Part shown: positions 1 to 12,369 of the stretch, one piece after another
Layout: each line of letters opens with the position of its first letter
Numbering within the stretch: position 1 is the first letter of the stretch
From: Vicugna vicugna
Lineage: Eukaryota
Reading direction: 5' to 3'
Assembly: GCA_013265495.1 (NCBI GenBank)
Contig: MU058781.1
Coordinates: forward strand, 7,034,522 to 7,098,521
Length of the DNA stretch: 64,000 bases
The notes under the pieces: generated by a model
Told to the model about the DNA's origin: nothing
The model's input: the letters and a program-made list of their open reading frames with translations, nothing else
Database searches by the model: none
Position numbers and translations under genes: made by a program

Positions 1-2504
1 ACACCTTGGAGCCGTTCACAGATATCTCAAGTGTGGGGAAAATTCATGTAGAGGACTTCAGGGTTCTCCTAATTATTGCTTGAAGAGCTCAATTTCTATT
101 GAATCAATGGTGAAAAGGTTTCTTGTTTGATATTCTTTTCGCTGAAGTGCTTGTTATGGGTCATTCATTTTGAAAACATTCATTATTGATTTTGCCTGGC
201 TGGTTTTCAAACCATGTGTGGTGAAGCCGTCAGCTTCTGTGATGGTGCCTGGGAGGTGCTGAGGGAAAGGTCAAGGGGACCCAGTCTGGGTCTCTCAGTA
301 TTGCTGCCACCAGCACTAGTCTACCTGCTCTCTTTCGTCCAGTGGTGGTATACTTACGATTTTGTTTTTATAAAATTCCATTGCCTTAAAAGCATTTGAA
401 AGCCGTCACGTTGGGGAGCTAATGTTATTCTATACAGGAAAATAAATCACTTCTTTGTGAAGAATTACTTTGGATTGTTCACATCTCAAAGAGATGAAAT
501 ATGTTAACTTCTTTCCTCCGTCTTAGTTGCAAGTACTGCCTTGATTGGAATGCTTGGAATTTTTTTTTTTTAAAGAAAACAGAACTCTGCTCTGTAAAAA
601 AGTTTTTATGTTGTAACAATATTTATATGTAATGTATATTTTAAATTCATATATATATATATAAATTTTAAGCCACATTATTGAGGTATGATTGACAGAC
701 AAAAACTGTATATATTTCACGTATATAACTTGATTGGTTGGGATATAAGTAAACATCTATGGAAATATATAATGCCTGTAGCTAAAAGTACTGTATCACG
801 TACTTAAAAATTTGCCAGGGGTAGATCTTATGTTAAGTGCTCTTAACACACATACACACAGATATGCACACAAAATAATGATAAATAAAGGAGACAGGAG
901 GTAACTTTTGGAGGTGACGGATATTTTCATGTTTTTACAACTTTGATTTCATAGCCAAAGTCACGTAACTCACAAACTAAGGAGTAAAAACTTATGTATA
1001 TGGCACAAGACAAGATTATGTTTCAGACGGCCTTGATTCACACGACTTCTAGTCCTGCCTTCAAAAGAAGACTATTTCGAAGAGATAACCTTCTAAGAGA
1101 TATCCAATTATGTCTTCATTTTTCGAGTTCATTGGCCCATTAAATGCCTTCTTCTATAAATGACTTTCTTGAAGGACACCTAGCTCTCTTTCTGGGTTGG
1201 AACAGCAGGATTTATCTGTTCTCAACAGCTTCCTCTGAATGGGCTGTTGGTGTAATTGACATTTGTGCTGTGGGATGTTTCTGGCCTGTGTCATTTCCCA
1301 TCTTCGCTACTCAGGAAGCACTTACTGGCGACATTTCTTCTTGTTGTTTAACTTGGAATTTCTCTTTTTGAGGGGGAAAGTAGTTCAGAATATGATATAT
1401 GAGCAATATTTGGAAAATGGAGGTGAGAAGAAGATGAAAAGACATCATTGATAAGATGATGTGTGTTTTGAACAGGAGAGTCTTGGAGAAGAAAACAGGT
1501 GACAGTTGTGTGAGCATAAACTAGGAACAAGGAAGCAGTAAAATCATTCACTTTTACCCCTAATTGATCCCAAAGAGAGATTTTTTTTTTTTTAACTTCA
1601 AAATCCTGAATTTGATGTGCAGGTTGATTTGATTTTAATTTGCTTTCTGGGTGACAGATCATGAATAGTTAATCAAATAAAAACACTGTGTCTTTAACCC
1701 TATTGGATCTTTCCCGAGAAATATCTGTCATATTGGAAGCCAATCATTGGTTAACTTCCTATTTAAATCATTTTTAATGAAGTCTTGTACTACTACTAAA
1801 GGAGTAGGCCATAAACCTTAAATACTTCAGGTTACTAGAGTTAGTAACTGTTGACTCTGATACGACAGTAAGAAAGTTTGTGCAGTTAGTTTTTCATAGT
1901 TTTTTTGTTTCTATCTAAGCCAATTTGTTTTTCCCTCCCTTGTTTTAGGACTTTTGTACCTATATGTTAAGACTGAAGCCACTTTGGGGCTCTATATAAC
2001 AGAAACTGAATGTGAGAAATAATTTCTTTTTCCTGAAAATTGGAAGGCAGAGACTCTGATTCTTGGCGGGAGAGAGGGTACAATTACTTCTACAGCCGAA
2101 TTTGTTAGAATTGGCCATACTCTTTTAAAATAGTAAAAACTTTAGGATTTTGCTTTTATTTAATCAGAACATGAAATTTCTCAACGTGATGAAAACTATG
2201 ATTATGTAGGAAAATTATCTTCACAATTATTTTACCTCTTTTAAAGATATCCTGAGTAAGAACAGTCTAGTGGAAGGACTTCAGTTATACTTTTGATTTT
2301 TCAGTGTAGAAATATCCTTTCCTATTGTCGTGCTATGTGTAGGGATGAATTTTATTTTTGCACATTTTCAGCGATCTTATGATAGCTGTAGTCATAGGCT
2401 TCGTGTCTCTTTCTTTCCCCTCTCTCCCTTTCTCTTCCTACATCTCTCTCTCCCTGCTCCATCCCTCTACATAATATCCACTTGTGATGCAGTTCTGGTG
2501 CAAT

Positions 2505-2690
2505 GGACCAGGACGTGGACTTGGCCACAGAGGATGGAGGTTTGAGTTTTGCTCTGCCATATGTAAGCTTTGAGAACGTTGACAAATTACTTAACTTCTC
2601 AGGACCTCAGTCCATCTATAAAGCAAAGGAAATAATAATTGTGGTTGCAAAAGATTAAATGAAATAATGCATGTGAAGGAACACAAATTA
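2505..2690 (+). mobile_element. MIR SINE
   Basis: acaaattacttaacttctcaggacctcag...agattaaatgaaataatgcatgtgaa. Confidence 0.6.
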
Positions 2691-2711
2691 ACACCGACAC
2701 CCTATTGAAAA

Positions 2712-3295
2712 TTTTTTTTATTGGGGTACAATATACATAAAGTTGATCATGTCAACCATTTTAAGTGTATAGTTCAGTAGCATTAAGTGCATTCATAATG
2801 TTGTGCAACCATCATACTATTTCCAGAAGTTTTTCATCATTTTAAACAAACTCTGTGCTCATTAAATAGTAACTCTCTNNNNNNNNNNNNNNNNNNNNNN
2901 NNNNNNNNNNNNNNNNNNNNNNNNNNNNNNNNNNNNNNNNNNNNNNNNNNNNNNNNNNNNNNNNNNNNNNNNNNNNNNNNNNNNNNNNNNNNNNNNNNNN
3001 NNNNNNNNNNNNNNNNNNNNNNNNNNNNNNNNNNNNNNNNNNNNNNNNNNNNNNNNNNNNNNNNNNNNNNNNNNNNNNNNNNNNNNNNNNNNNNNNNNNN
3101 NNNNNNNNNNNNNNNNNNNNNNNNNNNNNNNNNNNNNNNNNNNNNNNNNNNNNNNNNNNNNNNNNNNNNNNNNNNNNNNNNNNNNNNNNNNNNNNNNNNN
3201 NNNNNNNNNNNNNNNNNNNNNNNNNNNNNNNNNNNNNNNNNNNNNNNNNNNNNNNTGGATCATAAGGTACTTCTTTGTTTAACTTTTTGAGTGAC
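2712..3295 (-). mobile_element. L1 3' fragment (old L1MA/L1MB-like), interrupted by N gap
   Basis: T-tail, then ttaagtgtatagttcagtagcattaagtgcattcataatgttgtgcaaccatc, typical antisense L1M 3'UTR; L1-like sequence resumes after the gap. Confidence 0.75.
2879..3255. other. Assembly gap (377 N)
   Basis: N run inside L1. Confidence 0.95.
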
Positions 3296-3619
3296 ATTCT
3301 ATTTTAAAATATTTTTTTGAATCTGTTGAATGGACCGTAGCAATGAGATTCCTAAATGGTGTGTTTGTTCATAGTGGTCTTTTAATTCCCATAGTTTACC
3401 TCATATGAGTCAGGACAGCAAGGCCACCTTACATTTCAGGACTGCAGGAATACCTTGCCATGGTGGCAAGCTCTCTCACCCAAGGTCCTCAGAAACGCAT
3501 TTGCCGTACAGTTAGAGATCATTGAGGGTGAAGATTTGCTCTTCTGGTGCCCAGATATGTTGGTTAAATTATAGATGAATCAATGAATATTATATTTTCT
3601 GCTTTGGGCCTTTCTTTAG

Positions 3620-3655
3620 GGACTAAGGAGACTGAAGAAGGCTGAAGACAGGCTG
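3620..3655 (+). other. RNF144B: RNF144B first coding exon, 5'UTR portion
   Basis: Pyrimidine tract and acceptor tttctttag (AG 3618-3619), then 36 nt without ATG before the start codon at 3656. Confidence 0.85.
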
Positions 3656-3820
3656 ATGGGCTCGGTTGGTAGACTCCACTGTCTCACCATGACCGCCGAA
3701 AACACAGCGCCAGGAGACCTGGCTCTCACCCCTCTCGTCACTTGCAAACTCTGCCTGTGTGAACAGTCTCTGGACAAGATGACCACACTCCAGGAATGCC
3801 GGTGCATCTTTTGCACAGCT
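3656..3820 (+). CDS. RNF144B: RNF144B coding exon 1 (aa 1-55, N-terminus and first part of RING1)
   Basis: Translates [55 protein letters not shown], closely matching the human RNF144B N-terminus as I recall it. 165 nt, donor GCT|gtaagt, phase 0. Confidence 0.97.
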
Positions 3821-4159
3821 GTAAGTTTTCCTTGATGCTTTCATCATGAGACAGTACAAAGGGAAGGACTGTACAAGTACAGGGTACATTTCTATGCCTG
3901 ACTTGAGAAGCCAGAGTGTGCTACCATATGAGAATGCTACCATGGAGAATGATGCCACGTTTGGATCTGATTCTAAATACTATCTTGAATGGTAAATCTG
4001 ATACTTACTGGGTTTTAGGCAAAGTGTAACTAACATGTGTGTGAAATTTAATTATTGGTTGGATAAGCAGTATCTTTCTGTTCTTAAGTTCTAGCTAAGG
4101 AACAAAATAGAGACATTTTTAACATGCCTTAGTTAACTGCCATCTGCAAGAAGTATTTT

Positions 4160-4280
4160 TTTGGGGGGTAGGTAATTAGGTTTATTTATTTCTTTATTTC
4201 TGGAGGAGGTACTGGAGATTGAACCCAGGACCTTGTGTATGCTAGGCATGCACTCTACCACTGAGCTATACCCTCCCCCT
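4160..4280 (-). mobile_element. tRNA-Ala-derived camelid SINE (vic-1 type)
   Basis: Reverse complement reads ggggagggtatagctcagtggtagagtgcatgcctagcat...gggttcaatctccagtacctcc plus A-rich/cctaattacc tail; 14-bp TSD gcaagaagtatttt (4146-4159) / gcaaaaagtgtttt (4281-4294). Confidence 0.9.
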
Positions 4281-5639
4281 GCAAAAAGTGTTTTGAATGA
4301 TGGAGAATCAGGTAGCAATTTACTGAATTTTCTTTCATATACTTGCTCATCTCCTACAAAGCACATGGTATACAACTGTTTTACTTTGTCATATTTATTT
4401 TTTCCCCTGTATTTTCAAAGCATGCTGAATGCTGCTTCTTCCTTATAATAAAGAGAACCCTATAGATCTCCAGGGATGGGCTTGTCTCTTTTAGTTTGAC
4501 ACTTGGTACCAATGCGCATGACCTTGATCGTGTGTTTTCCTGAAGGTTGGTTGATTAAAGTGTAAAGATGGGAAGCAGGCTGATGGGTTGAAAGGGACTA
4601 CTGAAGTGTGAACCCAGGTGGTCTTGTCCAGATTTTCATTTATTCAAACATTTTTCGAGCTCCTGCTGTGTGCTAGACACTGCTGAATGTTAGGAATATA
4701 AAGATGAATAAGATGCTTCCCACAAGGAAGATGGACACATTGAAGGAACTATACAAGAGTCTGGTGAAACCAGGGATGGCCAGACATAGCGTACCCCAGG
4801 GGTGTCTCCCCCACTTTGGACCGAGCTTCCTGGTGGCAGTGCTTTCTGAGCTGAGGCTTTAAACAAGAGATTTCACACTGATGCCCGTGGGCCACATCTG
4901 GCCTCGACACATTTTTGTTTACAGCCCCAATTGGGAAATTTCAAATGACAAATTTTATGAATTTTTCATGGAAAAAATGAAAAAATAGTAAGATACAGCT
5001 CCTCTGGGCCTGTATTCATTGGCCCAGAAATAGATGTTCTTTCTTCTGTTTAGGATACCTACCTCTCTCCTCCTGTATGTGTTTGAATCAACTATACTTT
5101 TAAACTAAGGATGGATTAAGAGTCAGCCAGGAAGAGTGCTGGGCATCTCAGCATGGTAGAAGGGAGAGCCTGGTGCCTAAATTATAATATTCACCATTGA
5201 TCTTTCCTTTGGTAGGCCTTGTATGGGCAGACTGTTAATACTTATTATATAAGAAGTACAATAATCACCAGACAAATGTGGGTTTAATACTCTGACTTGT
5301 GAAGGAAATTGAACAGTTTAGTTACAATGATTAGTGCTTAAATCGGGGGAGTAAGGAGAAAGGGATCATTAAGGAAATACTAGAATCATTTATAAAAAAG
5401 GCATTTTACTAAGCATACTTAAAAAAAACAGATAAATTAAGGTGACATAAATTTTACTCCATCTCTTTTTCCTATGGTAATTTAATTGGCACGACACATT
5501 TTCAAACTAGTTATATTAATTTTCTTAACTTTTCCGATCGAGGATTAGGGCATGGAGAAGCTTTGGAATAATTTTTAGGTAAAAAGGAAAGCAACTAAAA
5601 TCCTTTAATGTTTTGAACCATGGGATCCAAAGATGGCAA

Positions 5640-6090
5640 AGAATAGTATCCTTTATTCATTCATTCAGCAGATACCTGGTGAGCAGCATCTGTGTCCCAG
5701 GAATTGTTCTAGGCACTGGGATTTATCAGTTAAAGAAACAGAACCCAGCAGAGCAGGGTGGGTATAGCTCAGTGGTAGAGTGCATGCCTAGCATGCACGA
5801 GATCCTGGGTTCAATCCCCAGCACCTCCATTAAAAATTAAATAAAACCTAATTACCCACCCCCCCAACAAAATTTAAAAATATAAATAGACATTAAAAAA
5901 ACAGCAGATCCTTGCTCTTAGGGACTTATATTCTATCAAAGGGGTTAACATGATAAACAATAAGCATAATAAATAGATAAATTACATAGTAGTGGGTAAT
6001 AGGGACTTAGAAAAAGTAGAGCAGGAGGTTAGAAGTGTGGGACGAGGATGTTGTGATGGTCCGGTGGACAGGAGGAGGCTTCACCAAGTG
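5640..6090 (-). mobile_element. L2 fragment hosting a SINE
   Basis: ttcattcattcagcagatacctggtgagc...ttctaggcactggg...cttgctcttagggacttatattcta. Confidence 0.6.
5750..5898 (+). mobile_element. tRNA-Ala-derived camelid SINE (vic-1 type) inserted in an L2
   Basis: Intact A box TAGCTCAGTGG and B box GGTTCAATCC, cctaattacc tail, A-rich end; loose TSD around aaacag. Confidence 0.9.
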
Positions 6091-8946
6091 ATGTTTGTGC
6101 TGGTTCTTCCGCATCTTGTCGGCCTGTGTTACTTTACAGGAAGTGAGGAAATGGCCTTGTCATCACGGGGTTGGCTTCAGTTTCCTTTGGTCTTGCTTTC
6201 TTTCTGAGTGCTGTGCTTCCGAATTACTTTCTCCAACTTTCTCATGTTGGTTTCGGACCCTTGCTAATCCTTGAAACAAATGAGTCAGAAGCAGCACTTG
6301 GATAAAGCCAGGATGGAAATTTTTGGCTGAGGGTTACTGACGTTCAAAAGCAGGATATGGAATTCACTTTTTGCAATGAGATCTCAAGGTGCAGAATTCA
6401 AATTTGTGTGGCAGCGTTGGGTAAAAAGTACACACTTGAGCAAAGGCTGTGTTAAGGAGTTGACACTGCCAATTATTGTTTCAGCAGTCGCAGTGCCCAA
6501 CTAAAAATGCAGCTGTTTCTCATGTCTCCTTCAGCAGTTTGAGGGGAGGAGTTAGTACAATCAGATTATTCTGTCATCTGGATTCATACTTCCTCATAGT
6601 TGGGGAGTACTCAAAAGCAGAAGGTGAAATGCCTGGGTAGTTTTGGTTTCCCTACCACTTGGGAACTTTCCATAGCTATAAACTGTAACTTTCCCCTGGC
6701 TTCCCAAATACCCCATTTCCTGTGATCTGCCAAAATAAGTAAGCTGTATGTGTTTGATTACATTAGCGTCTATACATTTGCAATTGATATCAGCCTCACC
6801 TGAAATACTATTCTAACTTTTCTTGTTAGAGCTCTTATTTCTTCTTTTAAAAAAATTATTTAAAAATGTGTCTAATCCCCCTAGGTTTTGATTTGCATTC
6901 AATTAAAGATATCAAAAGTGTTTCTGTTTTCAAGGCTGAAAAGAAATCTGTGACATTTTAAAATATACCATATACTACTAATATCCAATTTTTCTGCTGC
7001 ATTTACTTTTATTAATGTTAGTACTTTAATGACATCAAGATAGCATTAGAAGTGAAGTTTAATTTTCAATGTTAATTTTATTTTCTTTTAGCATACGCAG
7101 TATCAAATCTGTGTGATATATGGAATATTAAAGAGCAGAAGCTTTCAATCAAATTTTTCTTCTAAGATATTTAAAAATCAAATTCATAATGCACTATTCT
7201 TTATTAAATCCTAATTTCCAGTTTTAAATATGATTGGCTGATGTCTTGCAGTTACTGGCTGGGAATGACTTCTTGCATATACCATATAGTTAAAATGGTT
7301 TTGCTAAGATAGTTCCCCCTCCCCTCCCTTATTAGGGGAATGTTCCAGTGTAATGGTTCTCCTGCTAGATGTGGTGCTAAACTTGTATATTTTCATCAGT
7401 TTAGTAGAGCTTTTTATACTTTCTATCCTTGTCCTGTTCTTCCTAAGAAAACAGTGTGATCTGTGTGCTTGGGGACAGTGAAACGGTTAGATGGGGAGTG
7501 TCTGACTTGACCTTTGGATGTTAGCCGGCTCAGACCTGGCCTTGAAGTAGGTGCTTCCCAAAACAAGTTGGTTCCATGAACCTCTAGGTCTGTGAAACAG
7601 AGATGATCTTTGAATAAAGTGTCCCCTAGTCAAATTAGCTTGGAAACTGGTATGTTTTCTACTCCTCTATTGCACTTTAGAAACTCTGTGAAATCTTGTG
7701 GTTACAAAGAAAGCAAAGCGACTTGTTTAACTTTGATGAAGATTTCCATCTGACCAGTGCCACCTTTTTTTAGGGCAATACCTATTAACTTCCCCACAAC
7801 CAGTGCTTAAAAGAATGCTGCCTTAATTTATTCCATGAAGTTAATTCTTGATTTAAATGACATCCAGAGAAAGGAATGTGACAGATGTTGCTTCAAATAA
7901 TCTATCAGTATATCTAGTTTCTTATTAAAGAAAGCTTACTGTGTTGTTTGTGAAGATGATTTCTGTTTGACTCTTTGCTCAGATTTAACTTAGAGAAAAA
8001 AGTAGTATGAAACAAGGGAAACTAAATGTACAGGACAAAAATGGGTGTGGCTTTCACCAGCGTGACATAAATCTTTAGGTGTATCATGGAGCCAAAGAAG
8101 TTGGTATTGTGGGGTTTATTATGTGTTCTTGTACTTGAAAGTTAAGTATCTCGGGGGTGTTAGTCTACTAACTAATAATATAGAAAAAGCCTCCCTCTCT
8201 CCAGTGGATTTAAATAATGCAAATGTGAAAATTCAAATTTTCCTTTTCTGGCTTTTGCAACACACTCTTTCAGATAATATCATACCAGTATAAGTGAAGA
8301 AAAAATTCACAACAATTTAATTATCAAAAGAGGGAAAATTTGTGGGTTTCTCCCTTGTGAGCAGTATTTGCCTCTTGATTTATTTTGGAAGCTATTTCTG
8401 TCAGCCACAAATTAAGGAATAATGAAAACACAGTTGTTGCTTGTTTTTATAACCTAGATAATTTCACCTGAAAAGAGTTGGTATGTTGGGCATGGCCTAT
8501 TTACCACTCAGATTAAAGACAGGATGTGCTCAGGAAGAAGAAAATAAAGTCCAGCCATATTCTTGCCTTTTTTCCATTACGTTTTGTTGGCTCTAAGTAG
8601 TTAGAACTCCTTTTACTATTCATTTCTCTGAGCCAAATGGATTTTCCAATGTTTAAAAAAGTGAGGGGAAATATAAAGCTTTTTCGACCAAGCCCGTGTT
8701 TTCCTTGGGGCCTGCTGGGTGACCTTTAAGAAAAGCTCATATATGGCCCAGGAGACATTTACAGTTTGGGAAGATTTTCAGCGTATGTGCTTGAACGTGT
8801 GTGTACGCTTCTGAGTATGTACAGTAATGCATACACGTGTGCACGCACATGGACTGGTAACTTTCAGATGAAGCAAAGAAGCTGCCATGGTTCTTTTCTG
8901 GGTTCCAACTGATATCTGCATTAGGAGAAAGGAATGTCATTTTTCT

Positions 8947-9087
8947 TTCCTTCTACATCTTCTTCTTTTTTTTTGCCAGATAAAGGTGCTTGCATTTATT
9001 TATTTATTTGTTTGTTTATTTATTTATTAATTTTTTATTGAGGTAGAGTCAGCTTACAATGCTGTGTCGGTCTCTGGTGTACAGCAC
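8947..9087 (-). mobile_element. Heavily 5'-truncated lineage L1 with composite tail
   Basis: About 50 nt of L1 3' end plus tail; perfect 19-bp TSD aaaggaatgtcatttttct at 8928-8946 and 9088-9106. Confidence 0.85.
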
Positions 9088-9149
9088 AAAGGAATGTCAT
9101 TTTTCTATTCCCACCTCCATCCTTCCCTTCCAGGGTCATATGCATGGTG

Positions 9150-9335
9150 ATCGAAAGTGCAAATACAGAGCTAGGAAGACCCGGGCCTGTGTTCAGGCTT
9201 TCCCATGTAATGGTGTATGGCTTTAGGCAAGGCCCTTGGTTTCCACGAACCTCAGTTTCTCACCTGGGATGGAGGGAGGGTAGTGGATGCTAATTCCTAT
9301 CTTAGAGTGTTGTCGAAGGCATCAAACGAGAATCC
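9150..9335 (+). mobile_element. MIR SINE
   Basis: ggctttaggcaaggcccttggtttccacgaacctcagtttctcacctgggatgg. Confidence 0.55.
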
Positions 9336-10921
9336 CGGTACAGCAACCAGCGCAGTCACAAGCCCCCAGGAAGTTAACATTATTACTCCTTTCTCTCCCG
9401 AGTCCTGTCAGTACTCTGTGCTATCCTGTTTTTCAAAAATGTTTTTGAGGAAGGAAATCCTGTAAAGACTTGACTTGCTTCCTCATTAGCCTTATAAAAG
9501 GCTAATGAAAGGTGGTTATATAGATGATTTCAACTCGCTGCTATTCCACAACACCCACTGACTAGCAGTTAGGATTAAGAGTGAGAAATCTCTCTGTTGG
9601 ATTTCTCTGAAGACGAGCTATAATGGCTGGATGTTTCAACTGAAGATTTAGAAGTAGGACTTACAGGAGAAACAAAAACCCATACAAGCTGGAAAGTGAA
9701 AAGATGAGCACGTTTCTGATGGATGTAAAAGGTTCCGATGGAAGACTGTCTCAAGCTACTATTTATTTAAGAGCTGCTGATGCCCAATACAAATATAATG
9801 TAATTACTTACTGGCTTGATATGTTTAATCAGTATAATTTTAAGTATCTTTTATTGAGAACTCTGTGGAGCTGCAGGAAATAATGAGGCACCTTACTCCA
9901 GCAACGTTAGAGGAGTTTTCTGTCCCCTCTTCTGGTCCTGTGACCTGCCAGCTTTTCCTGAAGCTTAAACATGTCAAGCTCTCTGGATTCCCATGTCTTC
10001 TGGTAGCATTAAATAGACAGAAGTAAATTCTGCCAGTTCAGAGCCCTCTCTTGCTCTGCTGGTTTCTGGTATTAAAATACACTGGCTTGCACGATTGGCT
10101 TTATGGTTTCCCTTAACTTTATCTTGGATGATTGACAGTGAGCCAGTGAATTTCTCTTTGTCTTCGTTTATTTGTGAATGACTTGAATATGCTTGCTGCT
10201 TACACTTGTGTAGAGTTCTAATGATAAAACTACAATGACTTTTGTTTTTGTCAGTAAGCCACTGGTATAAAACACACATTTTGATTCTATGTTTTTCCAC
10301 TGACAACGGTTGCAGGTCAGATAGCATCTGAGAAATGAGAGCAAACTGTACCAGCATGAGAAATGGATTAGAGATGACTCAAGGAGGAGCTGGCTTCCTG
10401 GACCTATGATCTCATCCATTGCCTAATGCTTACCACTTACTTATTCAAGGAAAGTGGTAAAATGTGGCCAGACGAAACAGCAGCAAAAGAGAGGCATACT
10501 CTTGGGGCCTAATGACAGTGTCGTGGCCTCATAGTCCTAGAATTGGAAGGGATCTTAGGTCTTCTAGACCCCCTACCCTCCTAATGAAAGAAGTTCTGCT
10601 CCTAGTTGCCAGTATGGCTTGACATTTAAGAGAACAGGTTTCAAATCTGGTTGGGCTTCCTTTATTCAACAAAGATTTATTGTGCCATACACAGTTCTGA
10701 TGGTGAAAATGTAGTAGTGAAGCATCAGATCAAGGTCTGGTTTTCAGATCGGTCACATTTTAGTGCAAGATACAGACACTAACAAGTAAATACTGAAATC
10801 AGATGATGCTTTGCACCCTGAGGGAAAACAAAGCAGGGTGAGGAGATGGGGAATGCTGCGGGAGAGGAGGCTTCTACTTAATGTTTGTCAATCAGGGAAG
10901 TCTTACTGACAAAGTGTGAGA

Positions 10922-11068
10922 GTCAGCCCTCTGTGTCTGTGGATGCAGAACCTAGGAATACGGAGGACCAACTGTGCTATGCCACATTATATAAGGGAGC
11001 ATCCGTAGACTCTGTGATCCACTGGAGGTCCTGGAACCAATCCCCCAAGAATACTGAGGCATGGCTGT
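10922..11068. mobile_element. TcMar-Tigger MITE (MER2-like)
   Basis: Imperfect inverted ends cagccctctgtgtctgtgg ... gaatactgaggcatggctg; internal ggaggtcctggaaccaatccccca. Confidence 0.65.
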
Positions 11069-11184
11069 GTTTAAGCATTGATCTGAAGGATGTGGCAAAC
11101 GAACTGTGCAGATGCCTGGGAGAAGAATTTTTTAAGTAGAGGGAAGCAGTGTGGAGGTCCTAAGCTGGGAATGTGCTTGATATG

Positions 11185-11311
11185 TTCGCATCTAATCTCT
11201 GTTCTAACTCATCTGGAAACGCTTTTACAGACACACCTAGGAATAATGTTTAACCAAATATCTGGGCGTCCCATGACCTGGTCAAGTTGATACATAAAAT
11301 TAACCATCACA
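11185..11311. mobile_element. ERVL LTR end fragment (MLT2-like)
   Basis: acagacacacctaggaataatgttt...gtcaagttgatacataaaattaaccatcaca. Confidence 0.65.
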
Positions 11312-12369
11312 GTCACCCTGCCTGCTGCATAGAGGATGAACTACAGGGGCAGGGGTGAAAGCAAGGAACTAATTAGAAGGTAAGTATGATAATCCAGGCC
11401 AGAGATGGTAGTGGCTTGGACCAGTAGATGATAGCCATTACTGTCTTTGGGTAGTCTAAGTCTTCATTTTCATGTAATATATCATCTCATAAGGTCAGAG
11501 AGAAGATTATGGTTGATAATCTAGATAAAGCATGTAGTGCAGTGGCCAGAATACAGCTGGCATGTGTAGCTCTACTGCTTTTGATGTGATTATTTTACTT
11601 GAAAACCTCCAGGATTGGGGCATACCGTAATTCCGGCTATTCACTTATTGGAAATTCTAATTCTAAACTATCTTCTTTTTCTACATTGATGTGAAACCTG
11701 TTTCTATATAAATTCTACCTGTTAATACTTGTTCTGTTCGCTAGAATAAAATTGATTGAAATCTTAATTTTTATTCTACTAATTAGCCCTGTATTATTTG
11801 AATGAAGGTTATCTTTCTGTCAGAGGACAAGGTTACCCATTAAAAATTCACCCACAGCACTCTGTCCAGTGGGAATATTAATAAATTTGTTCCCCCCTCC
11901 TTTGCTTCGGTTGCCACAATTCTTTTGGAATAAGCTTTATTTGCAAAAACTCCAGTCTTGACTTTGATCACTGGTTGAACAAGTACTTCAAGCTTTTCTA
12001 CTTTCTCTTAGAAAAATACATGGTATCAGGGTAGCAGGTTTGTTCTATAGTATGAAACAAGATTTAATTTCTTTTTCACAAAGAAGGTTATAAAAAGATG
12101 ATACGTTAGTGATCTGTGCTTGTATGTCTTTTTTTTTTTTTAAAGCGCACCTTGCCAAAGTTTAATTCTTTGAACCACATGTCAAAATGTGATAGGCTGG
12201 CTAGACATGCACACCACGACGAGAGAGCAGGCAAAAGTGGGTGTCCAGTGAGAGAATTTGTCCTAATATCTTCTGAGTCAACAAAGTTGATCTGTTTATA
12301 CCTTTTGAAGTTGTACTTTATTGCAGTTTCCTTTAAGTCTCTTCCCATCTTAGTTTGGATTCTGCTCTT

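Larger units (their letters stand above)
10660..11430 (-). mobile_element. L2 fragment interrupted by MER2-like and MLT2-like insertions
   Basis: ttattcaacaaagatttattgtgcc... on the left; L2-like ataatccaggccagagatggtagtggcttggacc on the right. Confidence 0.55.

Noticed and set aside
3656-3676. N-myristoylation of Met-Gly-Ser
   Set aside because: Position 6 is Arg rather than the preferred Ser/Thr, so the motif is poor.
4826-4840. CTCF-like gcttcctggtggcag
   Set aside because: Two mismatches in the conserved core.
5760-5830. SINE heads as functional tRNA-Ala(AGC) genes (also 4205, 42683, 49996)
   Set aside because: Stem mismatches, altered 5' acceptor arm, A-rich SINE tails and TSDs show they are retroposed copies.
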